From positions 150,538,001 to 150,602,000 of the forward strand of contig CM059432.1 in assembly GCA_030390025.1 (NCBI GenBank): a stretch of DNA of 64,000 bases, read 5' to 3'. Position numbers and translations under genes: made by a program. Shown here one piece after another: positions 25,648-38,771 of this stretch. Each line of letters begins with the position of its first letter. Positions within the stretch are counted from its first letter, which is position 1. Source of the DNA: Squalus acanthias (Eukaryota). The notes beneath the pieces are model-generated. The model saw only the letters and a program-made list of their open reading frames with translations. It made no database searches and was not told the origin of the DNA.

Positions 25648-27546
25648 AGAACATAGAACAGAACATAGAACAGTACAGCACAGTACAGGCCCTTCGGCCC
25701 TCGATGTTGTGCCGAGCATTGTCCGAGACCAAGATCAAGCTATCACACTCCCTATCACTCTGGTGTGCTCCATGTGCTTATCCAATAACCGCTTGAAAGT
25801 TCCTAAAGTGTCCGACTCCACTATCACAGCAGGCAGTCCATTCCACACCCCAACCACTCTCTGAGTAAAGAATCTACCTCGGACATCCCTTCTATATCTC
25901 CCCCCATGCACCTTATAGTTATGCCCCCTTGTAACAGCTGCCTCTACCCAAGGAAATAGTCTCTGAACATCCACTCTATCTATCCCCCTCATCATCTTAT
26001 AAACCTCTATTAAGTCGCCTCTCATCCTCCTCCGCTCTAAAGAGAAAAGCCCCAACTCCCTCAATCTTTCCTCATAAGACCTCCCCCCCAAACTAGGCAG
26101 CATCCTGGTAAATCTCCTTTGCACTCTTTCCAATGCTTCTACGTCCTTCCTATAGTGAGGTGACCAGAACTGCACACAATATTCCAAATGTGGTCTCACC
26201 AAGGTCCTGTACAGTTGCAGCATAACCTCACGGTTCTTAAACTCAAACCCTCTGTTAATAAACGCTAACACACCATAGGCCTTCTTTACTGCTCTATCCA
26301 CTTGAGTGGCAACCTTCAGAGATCTGTGGATATGAACCCCCAGATCCCTCTGCTCCTCCACGTTCCTCAGAACCCTGCCGTTGACCCTGTAATCCTTATT
26401 CAAATTTGCCCTACCAAAATGAATCACCTCGCACTTATCAGGGTTAAATTCCATCTGCCATTTTTCGGCCCAGCTCTGCATCCTATCAATGTCTCTTTGC
26501 AGCCTACAACTGCCCTCCACCTCATCCACTACTCCACCAATCTTGGTGTCATCAGCAAATTTACTGATCCACCCTTCAGTCCCCTCCTCCAAGTCATTGA
26601 TAAAAATCACAAACAGCAGAGGACCCAGCACCGACCCCTGTGGCACACCGCTGGTAACTGGTCTCCAGTCCGAAAATGTTCCATCCACCACCACCCTCTG
26701 CCTTCTATGAGTTAGCCAGTTACTTATCCAATCGGCCAAATTTCCCTCTATCCCACAACTCCTTACTTTCTTCATGAGACGACCATGGGGAACCTTATCA
26801 AACGCCTTACTAAAATCCATGTATACGACATCAACTGCTCTACCTTCATCTACACACTTAGTTACCTCCTCAAAGAATTCAATCAAATTTGTTAGGCAAG
26901 ACTTACCCTTCACGAATCCGTGTTGACTATCCCTGATTAAGTTGCCCCTTTCCAAATGGTCATAAATCCTATCCCTCAGGACCTTTTCCATTATCTTACC
27001 AACCACCGAAGTAAGACTAACCGGCCTATAATTACCAGGGTCATTCCTATTTCCTTTCTTGAAGAGAGGAACAACATTCGCCACTCTCCAGTCCTCTGGC
27101 ACCATCCCCGTGGACAGTGAGGACCCAAAGATCAAAGCCAGAGGCTCTGCAATCTCCTCCCTTGCCTCCCAAAGAATCCTAGGATATATCCCATCTGGCT
27201 CAGGGGACTTATCGACCCTCAGGTTCTTCAAAATTGCTAAAACATCTTCCCTCAGAACATCTACCACCTCCAGCCTATCCACCTTTATCACACTCTCATC
27301 CTCAAGAACATGGCCCCTCTCCTCGGTGAACACTGACGAAAAGTATTCATTCATCACCTCTCCTATCTCTTCTGACTCCATGCACAAGTTCCCACTACTG
27401 TCCTTGACCGGCCCTACCCTCACCCTGGTCATTCTTTTATTTTTCACATAAGAGTAAAAAGCCTTGGGGTTTTTCTTGATCCGACTCGCCAAGGACTTCT
27501 CATGCCCCCCTCCTAGCTCTCCTAAGCTCTTTTTTTAGCTCATTCC
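25648..27546 (-). mobile_element. Young 5'-truncated CR1 (HER1-like) LINE
   Basis: Uninterrupted RT ORF, 3' UTR and short repeat tail (agaacatagaacagaacatagaac on +). Confidence 0.95.
25735..27492 (-). CDS. CR1 ORF2 reverse transcriptase, C-terminal 585 aa; endonuclease lost by truncation
   Basis: NYRPVSLTSVVGK, SQHGF, YMDFSKAFDKVPH, SGVPQGSVLGPLLF, KFADDTK; no internal stops. Confidence 0.9.
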   Translation of the reverse strand: MASRIKKNPKAFYSYVKNKRMTRVRVGPVKDSSGNLCMESEEIGEVMNEYFSSVFTEERGHVLEDESVIKVDRLEVVDVLREDVLAILKNLRVDKSPEPDGIYPRILWEAREEIAEPLALIFGSSLSTGMVPEDWRVANVVPLFKKGNRNDPGNYRPVSLTSVVGKIMEKVLRDRIYDHLERGNLIRDSQHGFVKGKSCLTNLIEFFEEVTKCVDEGRAVDVVYMDFSKAFDKVPHGRLMKKVRSCGIEGNLADWISNWLTHRRQRVVVDGTFSDWRPVTSGVPQGSVLGPLLFVIFINDLEEGTEGWISKFADDTKIGGVVDEVEGSCRLQRDIDRMQSWAEKWQMEFNPDKCEVIHFGRANLNKDYRVNGRVLRNVEEQRDLGVHIHRSLKVATQVDRAVKKAYGVLAFINRGFEFKNREVMLQLYRTLVRPHLEYCVQFWSPHYRKDVEALERVQRRFTRMLPSLGGRSYEERLRELGLFSLERRRMRGDLIEVYKMMRGIDRVDVQRLFPWVEAAVTRGHNYKVHGGRYRRDVRGRFFTQRVVGVWNGLPAVIVESDTLGTFKRLLDKHMEHTRVIGSVIA

Positions 27547-27666
27547 TCAAAATCTTTCAAAATGCCACTCTGTTGAAATTTGACTGGCAATTTTTTCCAC
27601 CGGGATGTTTTCCACTTTTAGAAATCGGGATGTTAATCCTGCCACTTTTATTTTAATTGTAACTAT

Positions 27667-27825
27667 TAGAATTACATAGAATGTACAGCACAGAAACAGG
27701 CCATTCAGCCCAAACGGTCCATGTTGGTGTTTATGCTCCACATGAGCCTCCTCACACCCCTCTTCATCTATTAGCATAACCTTCTATTCCCTTCTCCCTC
27801 ATGCTTATCTAACTTCCCCTTAAAT
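27667..27825 (-). mobile_element. CR1 3' tail fragment
   Basis: Matches the 3' UTR at 8851-9020. Confidence 0.75.
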
Positions 27826-30800
27826 AGAAATGCTAACCTCAGTTACTGCTGGGTGAGTTTCGTGTACACTATAGGATTTCTTCAGCCATACTAGCAGAAA
27901 TCTGGCCAATAAGGACTCAACTGCAACAACACTCATTTTGCACCTGAGCTGGTTGATGGCCACTTAACTATTAAAGCAATGGCCAAGAATGTTAATCCTG
28001 CTCTAAATATCAGGAAATAAATTAAGCATAGCATTGAAATTGCAAAGCCTATTAACAGACAACACGGTCCGATTTTGAAAGACAATTTTATTATCTCAGG
28101 TGCTGGATGCAAAGTATTTACTCATACGTAAACAATGTCTGAGTTTTGAAATCAGAAACAAAGATTACCTTTACAAACTCTATGCATCACCTACTTGCTA
28201 CGATTGCATTAAAAACTGTGGGGCAATAATGCAATAACAATTGCAAACTGCAGGCAGATGTCATGTGAGCCAATGTCACATGATCAAACCTCCAGGAATA
28301 TGTCAAATCAGAGTTAGTAATCCTAGTTCCTATATCCCATTACTTAATGGCCTGCCACCATTTCAGTTTTGGATACAGGGTTCCTTTATTCCATTACCCC
28401 ATGACCTCCGCATGCAGCCATCAGGTCACACAAAAGGAAATCCTAGTTTTTTTTTTAATAACTTGATGTCAGACTGGCAGTAGAACACTGCATTTTACCA
28501 ATGATTATCATGACTCCCATATTGTTTGGAAATAATGGTTTTGTTCTCAAGGGGGAAAAAATGCCTTCCAAAACTCTTGACTGGATTTACAACAACTCCA
28601 ATAGCGGAAAAGGCAACTGCTGTTATTTACTTACCTTAAAACTCTAGCCCAGCATATTGCAATTATCAAAGAAAGTTTCGATTAATAACAAAGCAGCCTC
28701 TGGGTCTAACCCGTTCTTCTCCCTTTCAAAAAATCTCCTTGCTATTACGCTTCACAGTCAATATTAAAGAAGAAATGCTATGTACCTTTTACTGTTTAAA
28801 AATATACAATTATCATGACAGCGTACAGAGTTTTATTTTCTTTCTTTATATGAAATGTTCTCTTTTAATTGGGGCCTCAATCCTTCAGCATTTCAAGTGA
28901 TCCTGAATGATGTGAAGACAGATTAAGTCAGCTCATTGCATTCAGCACTTTCGACCAAGAAAAAGCATTAAGAGTATTTTTTCAGTTTGCGGGTCCAGTG
29001 GAAAGGAGTGAGGCAATTTTTTTTTTAAATTGACAACTTTTTTCCAGCTTAGTGTCAGTATCAACAATTTCTTTGCTAATTGGATTTACACAGGATTGGT
29101 CCTTAAATACTATGGCTGAAAACTTGTTTCTGTACTATAAGGTGCAAAAATATACATCCTTTTCAAGCTCACTTGTGAAATTTCACACATACCACTTTAT
29201 TAGTACACGTGATCTGTACCAGCACAGACCTTAAACCACCAGAAAAAAGTTTCCAAAAACTTTCTCTTAACCCTTCAAAGTAGGGCCAAACAACAAATAC
29301 CAACACAAAATAAGAATGCATCACTGCATTCATTTACAACACACCCAATTAAATTAAGAAACTGAGGGGGAAATAAACATATGCACTTACCACATCTTAC
29401 ATTTTTTGTCCTCAAATGTTACCAGAGCAAATGAAACAACCTATAACCAAAAGAAATCTAAATCAGATTCACAGCAGAGTAACATTTTAAGCCACGATAT
29501 GTATACATTAGTATCCAAGAATTGAAAGAATGTTATGCAGCACGGGAATGAACTGAATGCTGACATGCAGTGTGACGCTACAATTCTGGATTACACTTAT
29601 ATAACAAGGTCAATCCTGCCAAGCTAATAACTTTCCCAAACAAAATACATCAAATGCTGCACTACTGAGATGGAGATCTCCGGGGAACCAGCAGTCATCA
29701 ACAGTACTGGCGAGCAAAAACCACCCACAGGTTCCATGGACATCTGTTCAAAGCAATGAGCTGAGATTAGACTTTATTTGTTTTACTTATTTGAAAGGGG
29801 TTGGGGAAAGGGTTGACCTGATCAATATTACCCTCACACACCACTTTCCCGGCACTAAAGTTGAACAAAATTACAAGGATCGACAGAATAAGAAACAAAA
29901 CTATAAAACTGTTTAGCAAGATCATTAAGTTCATACAGATACGTTGTTTAGTGAATTTAGATTTTTTGCTTCATTTTTGGAGTATATTCACCATCAAATC
30001 TTTCAACTTCAACAGATCAGCTGCAATATACGCACATATGAAACAGTCTGCACGCTACTGGCAGTGATCTTACTGGTACGCAGACATCCACATCTGCTCT
30101 CTTTCCAAACCACTGATCTTGGATACTATTACTGAACATTTCCCAGAGATCAGACTTCCAAGATGTCAACATGGGGCTCCATTAAGGATTATACTCCCTT
30201 AAAACCGTATGTAATATTCTCATTAAACATGACTGTCCGTCCAATTCCCCCACCCCTAATTAAATACAAACTCAGATTTCAGCTTTAAAACATCACTCAC
30301 CTCATAGACAAAGAATATATGAAGTTCAGAAACTAACAGAAATACAGACCCTTCCTGATATAATAGTGTGGACCATGCCAAACTGGCGACACGAGGGTAT
30401 GCCAGATACCAAGTGCAATGCTGCACCAGCACCTGTTCCGAGACATACACTGACAATCGGCCATTTGACTACCGTTAACCAATCACATTGAAGTACTGAA
30501 GTGGAACAGTTCTGGCTATCTCTAGGCTGTCTAGCTGTGTGCTTAAACAAGACTTTAATGTGTTCGCTTCATGTTCTTCAAAATTTTGCACACTATGGAT
30601 TAGCAGTAGCTTCTGTAAATTACAGCACAAAAGTATAATACACTAATGTAGCAACCTCATCCACTGTTAATTAAGGAAAATTATTGCAAAATTAAGTATT
30701 TTCACATTTGCATTATAACTTGTTCGCAATGCTTTTCATTAAAAAGCACCGTTTTCACAGTTTGCTACAGTTTAGTAACAATAAGTTCAACTGCAAATCA

Positions 30801-31149
30801 CACTTTGTTGCAGATGGACCAATCCCAAATCATGTTAAAATGTGAATTTATCTTCTCCACAAATGTATCAAGCTTTCCAAATACGGAAACTAAATCTTTT
30901 AGAGGAATTAACAGGTACCTACTTTCTGATAACAAGAAAGGGGATAAAAAAAAACATTTGAACATCTTGCATTATCAATAACGAGATGTTCGGTTAGAAG
31001 GGAAAAGGATTTCAGTTCTCAAAGTGAAACTTTTATTTAAAACATACCACATAAAACAGGACACAATTACAGCTTCTCTTCTGGGGGACACCCTCAGCAC
31101 TGGTTATCGTGTTTCTTCATATCCCGCTTTCTGAATCTTAGTTACATAA

Positions 31150-31809
31150 GAACCGATTGTAACCCTGGCTGACCGATAGAAATAGGCCGGGTGGGTGATC
31201 AAAATAGTGGTAGAGTGCTTATCCCTGTCTATCATACTGCCCGCAGCCATTTTAACCTCACACTTTTCGGAGGCAGCTGAGGTACCCAACGCGGGTAACC
31301 CTGGGGCCTCATGAATATGTAAAAAATTGGGATCCTATGATGCAATTTCTACCCCGAAGGAATTTAGTTAAGAATCGCGGCAATCCCACCCAATGCTGGA
31401 CCGGCCAGTAAAACCTGCCGGCTTGCGGATCCGGGGCCAGAAAAGGCCCACAAATTAAGCAATTATTTTTTGTTCCCTTGTGCGCCAGGAGCTCTGGGCC
31501 CCACAAGGAAACCTTGGGCCTCCCCTGCCTCAGGCTTCCCGTCCCCCTCCCCCAGGCTTCCCTTCCCCCTCCCTGACCGTGATGTCCTCCAGACCACCCT
31601 CCCTGGCTCTTACCATGACTGCGGGGGACTGTTTCCTTCAGGTCCCCGGCAGCAGTCTCCTGCCACTGAAAATTCTGCTGGCCTGCTATCGCTACCTGCC
31701 GAGTTCAGGCAGATGTAGCGCAGGAGTTAAAATCTGACGGGCTGGATGGTTTCCACACCACCTCGACCCCAATCCACACAACTCCTGCCGAGAGTTAAAA
31801 TCCAGGCTC
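31150..31809. mobile_element. Degenerate Harbinger-type MITE
   Basis: GC-rich block ending GAGTTAAAATCCAGGC; left end degenerate. Confidence 0.5.
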
Positions 31810-32960
31810 TAATGTTTACATGAAATCAGATTTAAACGATAAACTTGTAGGGAGGGAAGGGATCAGTTTTTTCTAGCTTTATTGGTCCCCATAGGTATCA
31901 CTACGACATCGTGTCCTTTGGCAGAAATTTAAATATATATTCCACTAACTTTCAAACACCTACTGATTACATTAGCTCTTGCTATAGTCTGTTAACTATA
32001 CTACAATAGTGAAATAACAGAAGACTAGATATATAATACAGCAGCTTCTTTGGAGCTGAATCCAAGAAACTCTACTTCCTAATTGTCCAACCGGAACAAC
32101 ACAATCCATATCTCAGCAGAACTCTTGTCCCCCAATGCTAACAGTGTACCAGCTGCCCATGTTATCCAGTGCTACAGAAAGTAAAATTACAGAAATCTGT
32201 TAAAGCTTATCAAAATGACAATGTTACAATTCTGCTACATTCCCCCCCACCCCCCCCTGCAAAGTGAGAGAAATCCATGATTAAAAAGGACAGTAAGAAG
32301 TGCAATAGTAAAGTGGCTTTTAAAAACACTATTTACAGTACATCGTTAAGATCGCTGTTTCACAACCTGCACATATCACAGTAGTCTTGGCAGCACACCA
32401 CCTGTATGTTGAAGAGCTCAATACCAGCTCTTCAGAGGCAATTAGCACAATGGGATAATAGACTGTCCTTCTGTAGGCCCTGTCTGCAACAGAAAGAGCA
32501 CCATTTCAGAAACCTTGACAATGCTTATTGACCTTATGAGCAACAGATAACAGGATACATCTTAGAATGCCACCACATAACCCTGTGGCATCCAGCTTAT
32601 TTCCAAATGTCAAACCATAGTGTAGTAGGTTGTGTCATAGGATTCCATTAACCAATTACTGGCTTTTCAGTTTTTGTCGATCTTGAAATCCAGGTATCTG
32701 GTATCACTGCTAAGCCAAATTCAACCCCAAGTCTTGACAGTGCACATGAAGACTGTGCAGAAGAGATTCACTGAGACAATACCAGGGATGAGAGGCTTTA
32801 TTTATGAGGAAACATTAGATAAACCGGGGCTCTTTTCATTAGAACAAAGAAGGTTGAGAGGAGATCTAATAGAGATGTTCAACATTATAAGTAGTCATAA
32901 AGGTAAATAAGGAAAAACTATTTCCACTAGTCAGTAACTAGAGGGCATACGTTTAAAATG

Positions 32961-33975
32961 AAAGCAAAATACTGCAGATGCTGGAAGTCTGAAATAAAAA
33001 CAGAAAATGCTGGAAATACTCAGCAGGTCAGGCAGCATTTCTGGACAGAGAAACAGAGTTAACGGGCTGGATTTTCAATGACCCGTGGAGTCGGGTTTGG
33101 AGGCGTGTGGGGGGTTAAAGTTGCAGATTCGGGGGTCCCGACCCCATCCAGACCCCATCCCGCCTCCACGCAATTTTGACAAAATCGGTCGCGGGGTTCC
33201 CGACTACGTCACGCCTCCAAGAGGCCATTAAAGCCCTTAACAAGCCCTAAATTGGCTCTGTAATGCCATTTTGAAACGTTTTAGCTAGTTTAACCCTTTT
33301 CTGACGTGAAGTACGCCTGATGTGAAACACGCCAGTGAAACCTGGCAGGAGCACAAGTGGATAGCTGACTATCAGCTGCAGGTCGACTATTACAACGGAG
33401 ATGTGATGAAGGTAGTAGTAGTATTAGGTCTGAAAGTCGCCTCTGATGCTGCTGCATTGAATGTCTTCAGAAACTGCCTGGGAGGACTTGGTTGCAAAAA
33501 AAATTCTCTCGCTCTCTCTCTCTCGCTGCTCATTTTGCATCCAGGTCCTCTCACAGCAAAGGCCAGGCAATCTCTGACCTGCAATGATGACATCATCAGA
33601 GGCAACTTTCAGACTGAAACCAATCATGCTGGAACTCAATTGCCCAATTAAGTGAAAATTGCATCAATCTCCCACATCCAATTGCAGGCGGGTGAATAAC
33701 ACGAAAAGTGGATGACACGACCCCAACCCGCCCCAGTATCAAAATCCAGTCCAAGGTTTCAGATCCATGACCTTTCATCAGAACTAGAAAAAGTTAGAGC
33801 GGTAACAGGTTTTAAGCAAGTACAGAGGCAGGGAAAGGGGGGAGGGGAGGAAAGAGCAAAAGGGAAGGTCTGTGATACGGTGGAAGGCAGGAGAGATTAA
33901 ATGACAAAAGGGATGATGGTGCAAGGCAAAAGGGGATGCTAATGGCACAAGTAAAGAAACAAAAGATGGGTCTAG
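32961..33975 (-). mobile_element. Penelope-like element 3' region, split by MITE 33064-33752
   Basis: Homologous to 50375-50516; hammerhead core on the minus strand at 33781-33756; nearby fragment 34329-34384 (minus) reads F*LGTFQPSGLNIEFNN, resembling a Penelope GIY-YIG C-terminus. Confidence 0.7.
33064..33752. mobile_element. Harbinger-type MITE
   Basis: TIR GGGCTGGATTTT / AAAATCCAGTCC (11/12); flanks AAC/AAG; removing it restores the host repeat. Confidence 0.85.
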
Positions 33976-34848
33976 AAGATTGAAGGTGATTGGCAAAAGA
34001 ACCAAAGGCGACATGAAGAAAAACATTGTTTTACTCAGCGAGTGGTTAGGATCTGGAATGCACGGCCTGAAAGGGTGGTGGAAGCAGACTCAATCATGGC
34101 TTTCAAAAGGGAATTGGATAAGTACCTGAAGGAAAAAAAATTGCACGGTTACAGGGAAAGGGCGGGGGAGTGGGACTAGCTGAAGTGTTCTTGCAGAGAG
34201 TGGGCACGGGCCCGATGGCCTCCTTCTGTGCTGTAACCATTCTATGATTCTAAGAAGAGGTGTAAATGGGAATAGCAGAATCATTACCAATAGCTGCCGT
34301 CTGAACAAGTGGGACAGTGTTTATGATCTGGAATTGTTGAACTCAATGTTGAGTCCGGAAGGCTGGAAAGTGCCTAATCAAAAGCGAGTTTTCATAGATA
34401 CCTGATCAAACACAAAAAGGGAAACGGAAAGCAATGAAGGTGAACAAGGTAAGAGAGACAAAAGGAAAACCTGTCGGAGAGAAGAGCAGAACAGAGTGAG
34501 AGGTTAAAACTTTTTTTTTTTAGGTAGAGGACTGTTAGGGCATAGAATACCTGGAACCAGAATCTATAATAACTTCTAATAAAGAAGTAGATAACTATTT
34601 GACAAGATAAAATGTAAAAAGATATGGGGAAAGTGCAACAGAATAGGACGAAGTGGATAGCTCTGTCAGAGAGCAGGCACAGGCATGATGGGCAGAATGG
34701 CCTCCTACTTTGCTGTAAAATTCCATAATGTAAATGTATGTGCAATCTTTGCTGGTCTGCTGGATAACATAGAGATAACCCCACCCCCAAAACCACCAGG
34801 GATGGGTATATGCCTGTACACATAACCTCCAGACCATCCAGAGACTAA

Positions 34849-36584
34849 GGCTGGAATTTTGCCGGCGCTCAGTGGACGGGATGGGTCGTGGGTCAGCTGT
34901 GAAATTTAAAATGATTGACAGCGGGTCGGGAACCCACTGTCCAAACGCGCACACTGAACTTTCCCGATGTCGGGTCTGCCAGCGCTGATCAGACCAGACA
35001 CGCAGCGGTGGGGGAGCCAATTAAAATCATTAGCAGCTTGTTTACAGCCACTTAACAATGCTTTTTTCCCAGCTTTTTGAATTTGACAAGTCACCCACCA
35101 GTTTCCCCACTGTGCCTAGACCTAGTCTGTGACGCTGAGGCAGGAGGCCAATGACCATTGTTTCTGCTGTTGAGTTGACAGCTTCAAATGTCAAGTCAAA
35201 GCTCCCAGCTGATTGAGGAATGTTCCCTTAGTCACTAACTTGTCTAAACTGCATTTCCACTACAGGTTCAGGATGCTGCAAGTCTTTACACAAGTCTCCA
35301 TTCAGTCTGACCTCATTACCTCTCCCACCATTGACAGATCGCTTCTGTCATCTCTACTTCACCTGCCATCTATTCCATCAGCATGGGTGCCCTTAATACT
35401 CTCTCACCTTGTTCCTCAGAATCCCACCACAATCAGCCCAAACACCAGCATCACCAGGCACACCAGCAAAACCACCAATCTTCTCCGCAATCAACTGATG
35501 CTGCACAGGACAGAGGGCATCAGCACCCGACCACTTTGCTGCCCGGGACCCCAGGGATGGCCTCACCATGGCCAAATTTACTTCACTTGACGCTGTACAC
35601 CCTGGTTGCCACATGATGCGCCAGGTTGGCACCACCCCACACCAACACCATAAAGCATTCCTACAATGCCCAAGCCATTCCTTTCACACTCCTGACCATT
35701 GCGGGGCGTACCGTTATGTCTCACCATTCACTGCAACTCACTAAGCCATTTCCAAAGGTGCACACAAATCTGTCGAAGAATGCAAAGTACTGAAAATAAA
35801 GATTTCAATGTTTGACAGCACATTAACAGAAACTTCACACGTACATTGGCTAAAACACACAAGTGCTTACCCTTGTGTGTTGTTAGTTGGTATGATTGGA
35901 CTAGGATGAGGGCGAGTGTGAGGGGTGGTTAGTGAGATGGGGAAGTAATAATGTAGATAGAGAGGGATGGTGGAGGTGCAAGGTAAGTTGGTGTGAGTAA
36001 GGATGTGCAGGAGTAGGGTACGGAAGGTAGAGCGATGGAGATGTGATGAGTGGCACAGCAGGATGAGGTCGAGTGTGGCTTTGCAGTAATGTTTTGTGAT
36101 CTACTGAGATCATTCAAAGGTTTGTGCCACTGCAGCCAGGTCCTCCTGACGACATCCCTGCTTGTGCCTTCCTGTGCAATGTGCAACCAGGCTGCGTTGG
36201 TCTCCTGGGGAGGTCTCTTCCGCCCATTGGAATGGAAGAGAACCTCCCTGCATGCTGTGACTTCCTCCATAAGCATATGGAGGGAGTCATGGGAGAGCCT
36301 GGGTGCAGTCCTGCAGTGGTGGTCAGTGTTTGCAGCATCTCAATGCTGTAGAACACTGACAGCACAAATATTAAAGTAAATTTGCACATGGTCCCTTTAA
36401 GGAAACCGGCTGATGACGCGTCATCAAACGAGGTCACCAGAATCGCTTCCTCTAATTGGCCGTGAAACGTGCTGGGCGGGCTTAACAAGCCCAATCAGGA
36501 GAAAGTCATGTTAGAGGCTGGGATGGAGACAGGAGCGGGGCCACGACCCGCCACCCACCCACCGAGGTAGGGAAAATCGCGGCC
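34849..36584. mobile_element. Non-autonomous Harbinger retaining a Myb/SANT exon remnant
   Basis: TAA TSD at 34846-34848 and 36585-36587; imperfect TIRs GGCTGGAATTTT / AAAATCGCGGCC; minus-strand remnant at about 36320-36100 (REVLF..GRKRPP..AWLHIA..RRTWLQ..NDL). Confidence 0.8.
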
Positions 36585-36794
36585 TAAATTAAAATACATA
36601 CATCACCATGGCTGAACACAGAAAAAGACATGACATATTGTAACGAATGTTCCTTTGTTCTCAGAGCAGGTGGGGAATGTTGACTCTAAGGTGCTAATGG
36701 CTGCATAGGTGAGAACACAGATTCTTGCTGTTTCCTGGATGAGACAGTGACTCATCTATCGTGAATATGTCCAAACAGGCACAATGTACAATTC

Positions 36795-36922
36795 TCACAC
36801 AAATGTCTGTTTCTCCTGATGGGTTCATGTGAAAGTTGTTTTGTTTGATAACGCTCCTGTGAAGCAGCTTGGGACGTTTTACTGCATTAAAGGCACTATA
36901 TAAATACAAGTTGTTGTTGTTT
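36795..36922 (+). mobile_element. L2-type 3' tail fragment
   Basis: cctgtgaagcagcttgggacgtttt..ctatataaatacaagttgttgttgtt; resembles the reverse complement of 46205-46250. Confidence 0.55.
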
Positions 36923-37224
36923 AATGGTTATGAGAAAAAATGAATTATGTAAATCTTTTAAAAGCAGGGATCAAGAATGAGTTAAAAGTTTAAATGGGTT
37001 TAAAGTAACCGGCACGATGGAAGAATGGCCTCTTTCTGGGCTCTCTAATTTTATAAGGTTTATTTTGATGAGCGCAGAGTGTTAAAAATGCCAATATATG
37101 TATTTAGCGATCACCTGCTTCTCAACCACAAATGAAGTTTGCAATTGGTGTGTGTCATTTGAATCTGGCCTCTCAAAACAATCAATTAACCATGTCAATT
37201 GAGTACAATCTAGAAGAAAAAAAA

Positions 37225-37665
37225 GAAAAAACCTGCATTTATATGGCGCCTTTCAGGAAATCCCAAAGCACTGCACAACTAACAGATTTCTTTAAAAGTG
37301 CAGTCACTGTTCTTATGTAGAGAAACACAGCAGCCAATTTGCTCATAGCAAGACTTCTGAGACAGCAAAGAGATATATGACCAATTAATCTCTTGTGGTG
37401 ATGTTGGTTGGGGGATGAATGTTAGCCAGGACATCAGGAGAAAGTTTAATGGGATCTTTTATGTCCACCCAAACAAACAGAGAGGGTCTCAGTTTAACAT
37501 TTCATCCAAAAAACATCACTTCTGGCAATGTCGTACTCCTTTAGTACTGCACTGAAGTGACAGATTCACATATCACACTAGTTGCAAACCACATTATGTG
37601 CTGAAATCCTGTAAGGTGGCATGAAATCACAATCTTCTGATTTAGATCAGAGAATGCTGCTACTT
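37225..37665 (-). mobile_element. DeuSINE, decayed
   Basis: Homologous to 24112-24550. Confidence 0.7.
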
Positions 37666-37930
37666 ATCACTGTAAACTCATCCTTTGTGCACTCGTGTTG
37701 AGCTATGCAGCATCTGCCTAATGTCTTTGCTTCTGTGAATCATCTAATCATAAATAAATTTAATCAATAGTGTTAGCTTGAATAAAGTGAATCTAGACTT
37801 TGATACTTGCTGCCTTCCGATTGACAGGCAATGTAGTGAGGATGCTACACAAATTCCAATGTGCAGTGTTACTACTAAATAAAGTACTCGTTAATCCTGA
37901 GCTACTCAACCCAAGAAATATGTGCCCGTA

Positions 37931-38771
37931 ACATAAGAAATAGGAGCAGGAGTAGGCCAATCGGCCCTTCGAGCCTGCTCCGCCATTCAATAAGATCATG
38001 GCTGATCTGATCCTCACCTCAAATCTAAAGAACACAAGAAGTAGCAGCAGGACCCGGCCACTCAGCCCCTGGGCCCGCTACGCCACCCACAGGGCCTTGA
38101 CCGATCCGAACTCGGCCTCATGTCCAATTTCCTGCCCGCTCCCCGTAACCCCTAATTCCCTTTACTTCTAGGAAACTGTCTATTTCTGTTTTAAATTTAT
38201 TTAATGATGTAGCTTCAACAGCTTCCTGGGGCAGCAAATTCCACAGACCTACTACCCTCTGAGTGAAGAAGTTTCTCCTCATCTCAGTTTTGAAAGAGCA
38301 GCCCCTTATTCTAAGATTATGCCCCCTAGTTCTAGTTTCACCCATCCTTGGGAACATCCTTACCGCATCCACCCGATCAAGCCCCTTCACAATCTTATAT
38401 GTTTCAATAAGATCGCCTCTCATTCTTCTGAACTCCAATGAGTAGAGTCCCAATCTACTCAACCTCTCCTCGTATGTCCACCCCCTCATCCCGGGGATTA
38501 ACCGAGTGAACCTTCTTTGTACTGCCTCGAGAGCAAGTATGTCTTTTCTTAAGTATGGACACCAAAACTGTATGCAGTATTCCAGATGCGGTCTCACCAA
38601 TACCTTATATAACTGCAGCAATACCTCCCTGTTTTTATAATCTATCCCCCTAGCAATAAAAGCCAACATTCCGTTGGCCTTCTTGATCACCTGCTGCACC
38701 TGCATACTAACTTTTTGATTTTCTTGCACTAGGACCCCCAGATCCCTTTGTACTGCAGTACTTTCCAGTAT
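37931..38771 (-). mobile_element. CR1 LINE 3' fragment with a tandem double 3' UTR
   Basis: ORF 38118-38804 contains [27 protein letters not shown]. Confidence 0.92.

Larger units (their letters stand above)
32745..34249 (+). mobile_element. CR1 3' fragment(s) split by a Penelope-type insertion
   Basis: LFSLEQRRLRGDLIE at about 32830; sequence resumes near 33975 with the KVIGKRTKG..FTQRVV region and 3' UTR. Confidence 0.75.

Noticed and set aside
26302..27451. Antisense ORFs over the CR1 RT
   Set aside because: Shadow frames of the RT coding sequence.
28635..28740. Strong minus-strand donor AAG|GTAAGT
   Set aside because: All three upstream frames contain stops; coding status unsupported.
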